In this document: piece after piece, positions 62,819-64,000 of the stretch
How the letters are laid out: each line of letters opens with the position of its first letter
Position numbering within the stretch: position 1 is the stretch's first letter
The notes under the pieces: model-generated
What the model was told of the DNA's origin: nothing
Database searches by the model: none
Seen by the model: the letters and a program-made list of their open reading frames with translations, nothing else
Origin: Octopus sinensis
Taxonomy: Eukaryota
Assembly (NCBI RefSeq): GCF_006345805.1
Contig: NC_043001.1
Coordinates: forward strand, 14,570,001-14,634,000
Reading direction: 5' to 3'
Length of the DNA stretch: 64,000 bases
Translations under genes and position numbers: made by a program

Positions 62819-63264
62819 TATAAATATAGTTGTTATTATGTAAAAGTGTCAAGCCCAGAATGTTACTTTTCCAGAAAGCAAAAAAATAGTTTCCCCCTTC
62901 TGTTTCTTTTTACATTAACAACAGTTTCAGCTTAACAATAATACTTTGTTGGGTGCATAAAATCGTAACTCCATGCATGTATAATATTTTCAGTCAAGAT
63001 TACTTTTGCAAAACTGTCGTATGTGAGACCTACTACACTTTTGAAAAATGGTAAACTGTTGTACTACACTTTAACAATTTTTGATATCTTGGCATCTGAA
63101 GCAGCTGGAGATACGATAGTTTAACCAAAAGAATCGGCTTTTTGCAAGCAAAATTAAATGTCGAAGAAAAAAAAAAAACGCAATTTGGCCAAATTTGGAC
63201 ACACGACATTTTGACAGAATAGCAATTATTTATATTATATATATTATTATATATATATATATAT

Positions 63265-63412
63265 TAATTCCGCCGAGGTCAACTTTGCTTTCATCCTTCG
63301 AGGTCGATAAATTAAGTACCAGTTACGCACTGGGGTCGATGTAATCGACTTAATCCCTTTGTCTGTCCTTGTTTGTCCCCTCTGTGTTTAGCCCCTTGTA
63401 GGTAATAAAGAA
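63265..63412 (+). mobile_element. SINE family B body fragment
   Basis: Body only, no head. Confidence 0.75.
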
Positions 63413-63907
63413 ACATATATATATACACGTACGTTTGTGCCTCCAGCGACAAAGGGTACCTACACATCAAACCAGACCAAATATCCAGTCAGCCGCGCCA
63501 AATCATCAGCGTCTAAACAGCTGCGCCCAATCACCCCATTCAGAAGCATCATCCCAAAAAATTCTTATGATACAAGAACCGAGGGGGGGGGCGGATAAAG
63601 GACCAAATAAGCAAGTTAGGAACTTCTCAACATGTCTACGAAGGCATACTTGGTAAAACGCAATAAAAGCATTTAACAAGGAAATTGACCCAAAAACAAA
63701 TGTCAAGTCCAATGAATCATTGAAATGGAGTCGGAATGGAGACATCATGAAGACATGGGTAGGAAGAGAAACAATAGACGAGAAAGCCAGAGGGCCACAG
63801 AGAAGGCGAGGGCAAGAATGAACAAGATGGAAAGGGTGTAACACAAATAGGTTTGACAAAAATTACAATCCTAGAATCGAAAGCAGTAGGGGGGGTGAGA
63901 GACAGGA

Positions 63908-63988
63908 GAGAAAGAGGGAGGGAGATATAGAGAGAGGTAGCGAGGGAGATATAGAGAGAGGTAGCGAGGGAGATATAGAGAGAGAGGT
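63908..63988. repeat. 24-bp purine-rich tandem repeat (gagggagatatagagagaggtagc)
   Basis: About three copies. Confidence 0.85.
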
Positions 63989-64000
63989 ACGGTGGGGGGG

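Overview
AT-rich, repeat-saturated eukaryotic DNA. The tRNA-headed SINE families, (TA)n/(CA)n/(CATA)n density and RTE tails look like an octopus (coleoid cephalopod) genome; this is recognition, not a database result. I can support one host coding exon: the first coding exon of a claudin-superfamily (PMP22/EMP/MP20/claudin-like) gene on the minus strand (56382-56652). I found no further exon of it, so most of the window is probably its very long intron. The rest is mobile-element debris: four tRNA-derived SINE families, RTE/BovB/CR1 LINE 3' ends, a DD37D (maT) and a Tigger remnant, TTAA (piggyBac-type) and hAT MITEs, non-autonomous Helitrons, Penelope-like terminal repeats and satellites. Best leads: (1) a 419-bp insertion with a 9-bp TSD, made of 1.18 copies of a 354-nt unit carrying a minimal type I hammerhead ribozyme (40876-40920), i.e. 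a retrozyme/circRNA-like element; (2) a dispersed family with variant hammerhead-like cores; (3) a strong polypyrimidine-AG|GTAAGT recursive-splice candidate with an 88-nt poison exon (8527-8614, minus) in the long intron; (4) modular SINE tail swapping and several local copy events. Repeat boundaries were read by eye and are approximate unless a TSD or TIR is quoted.
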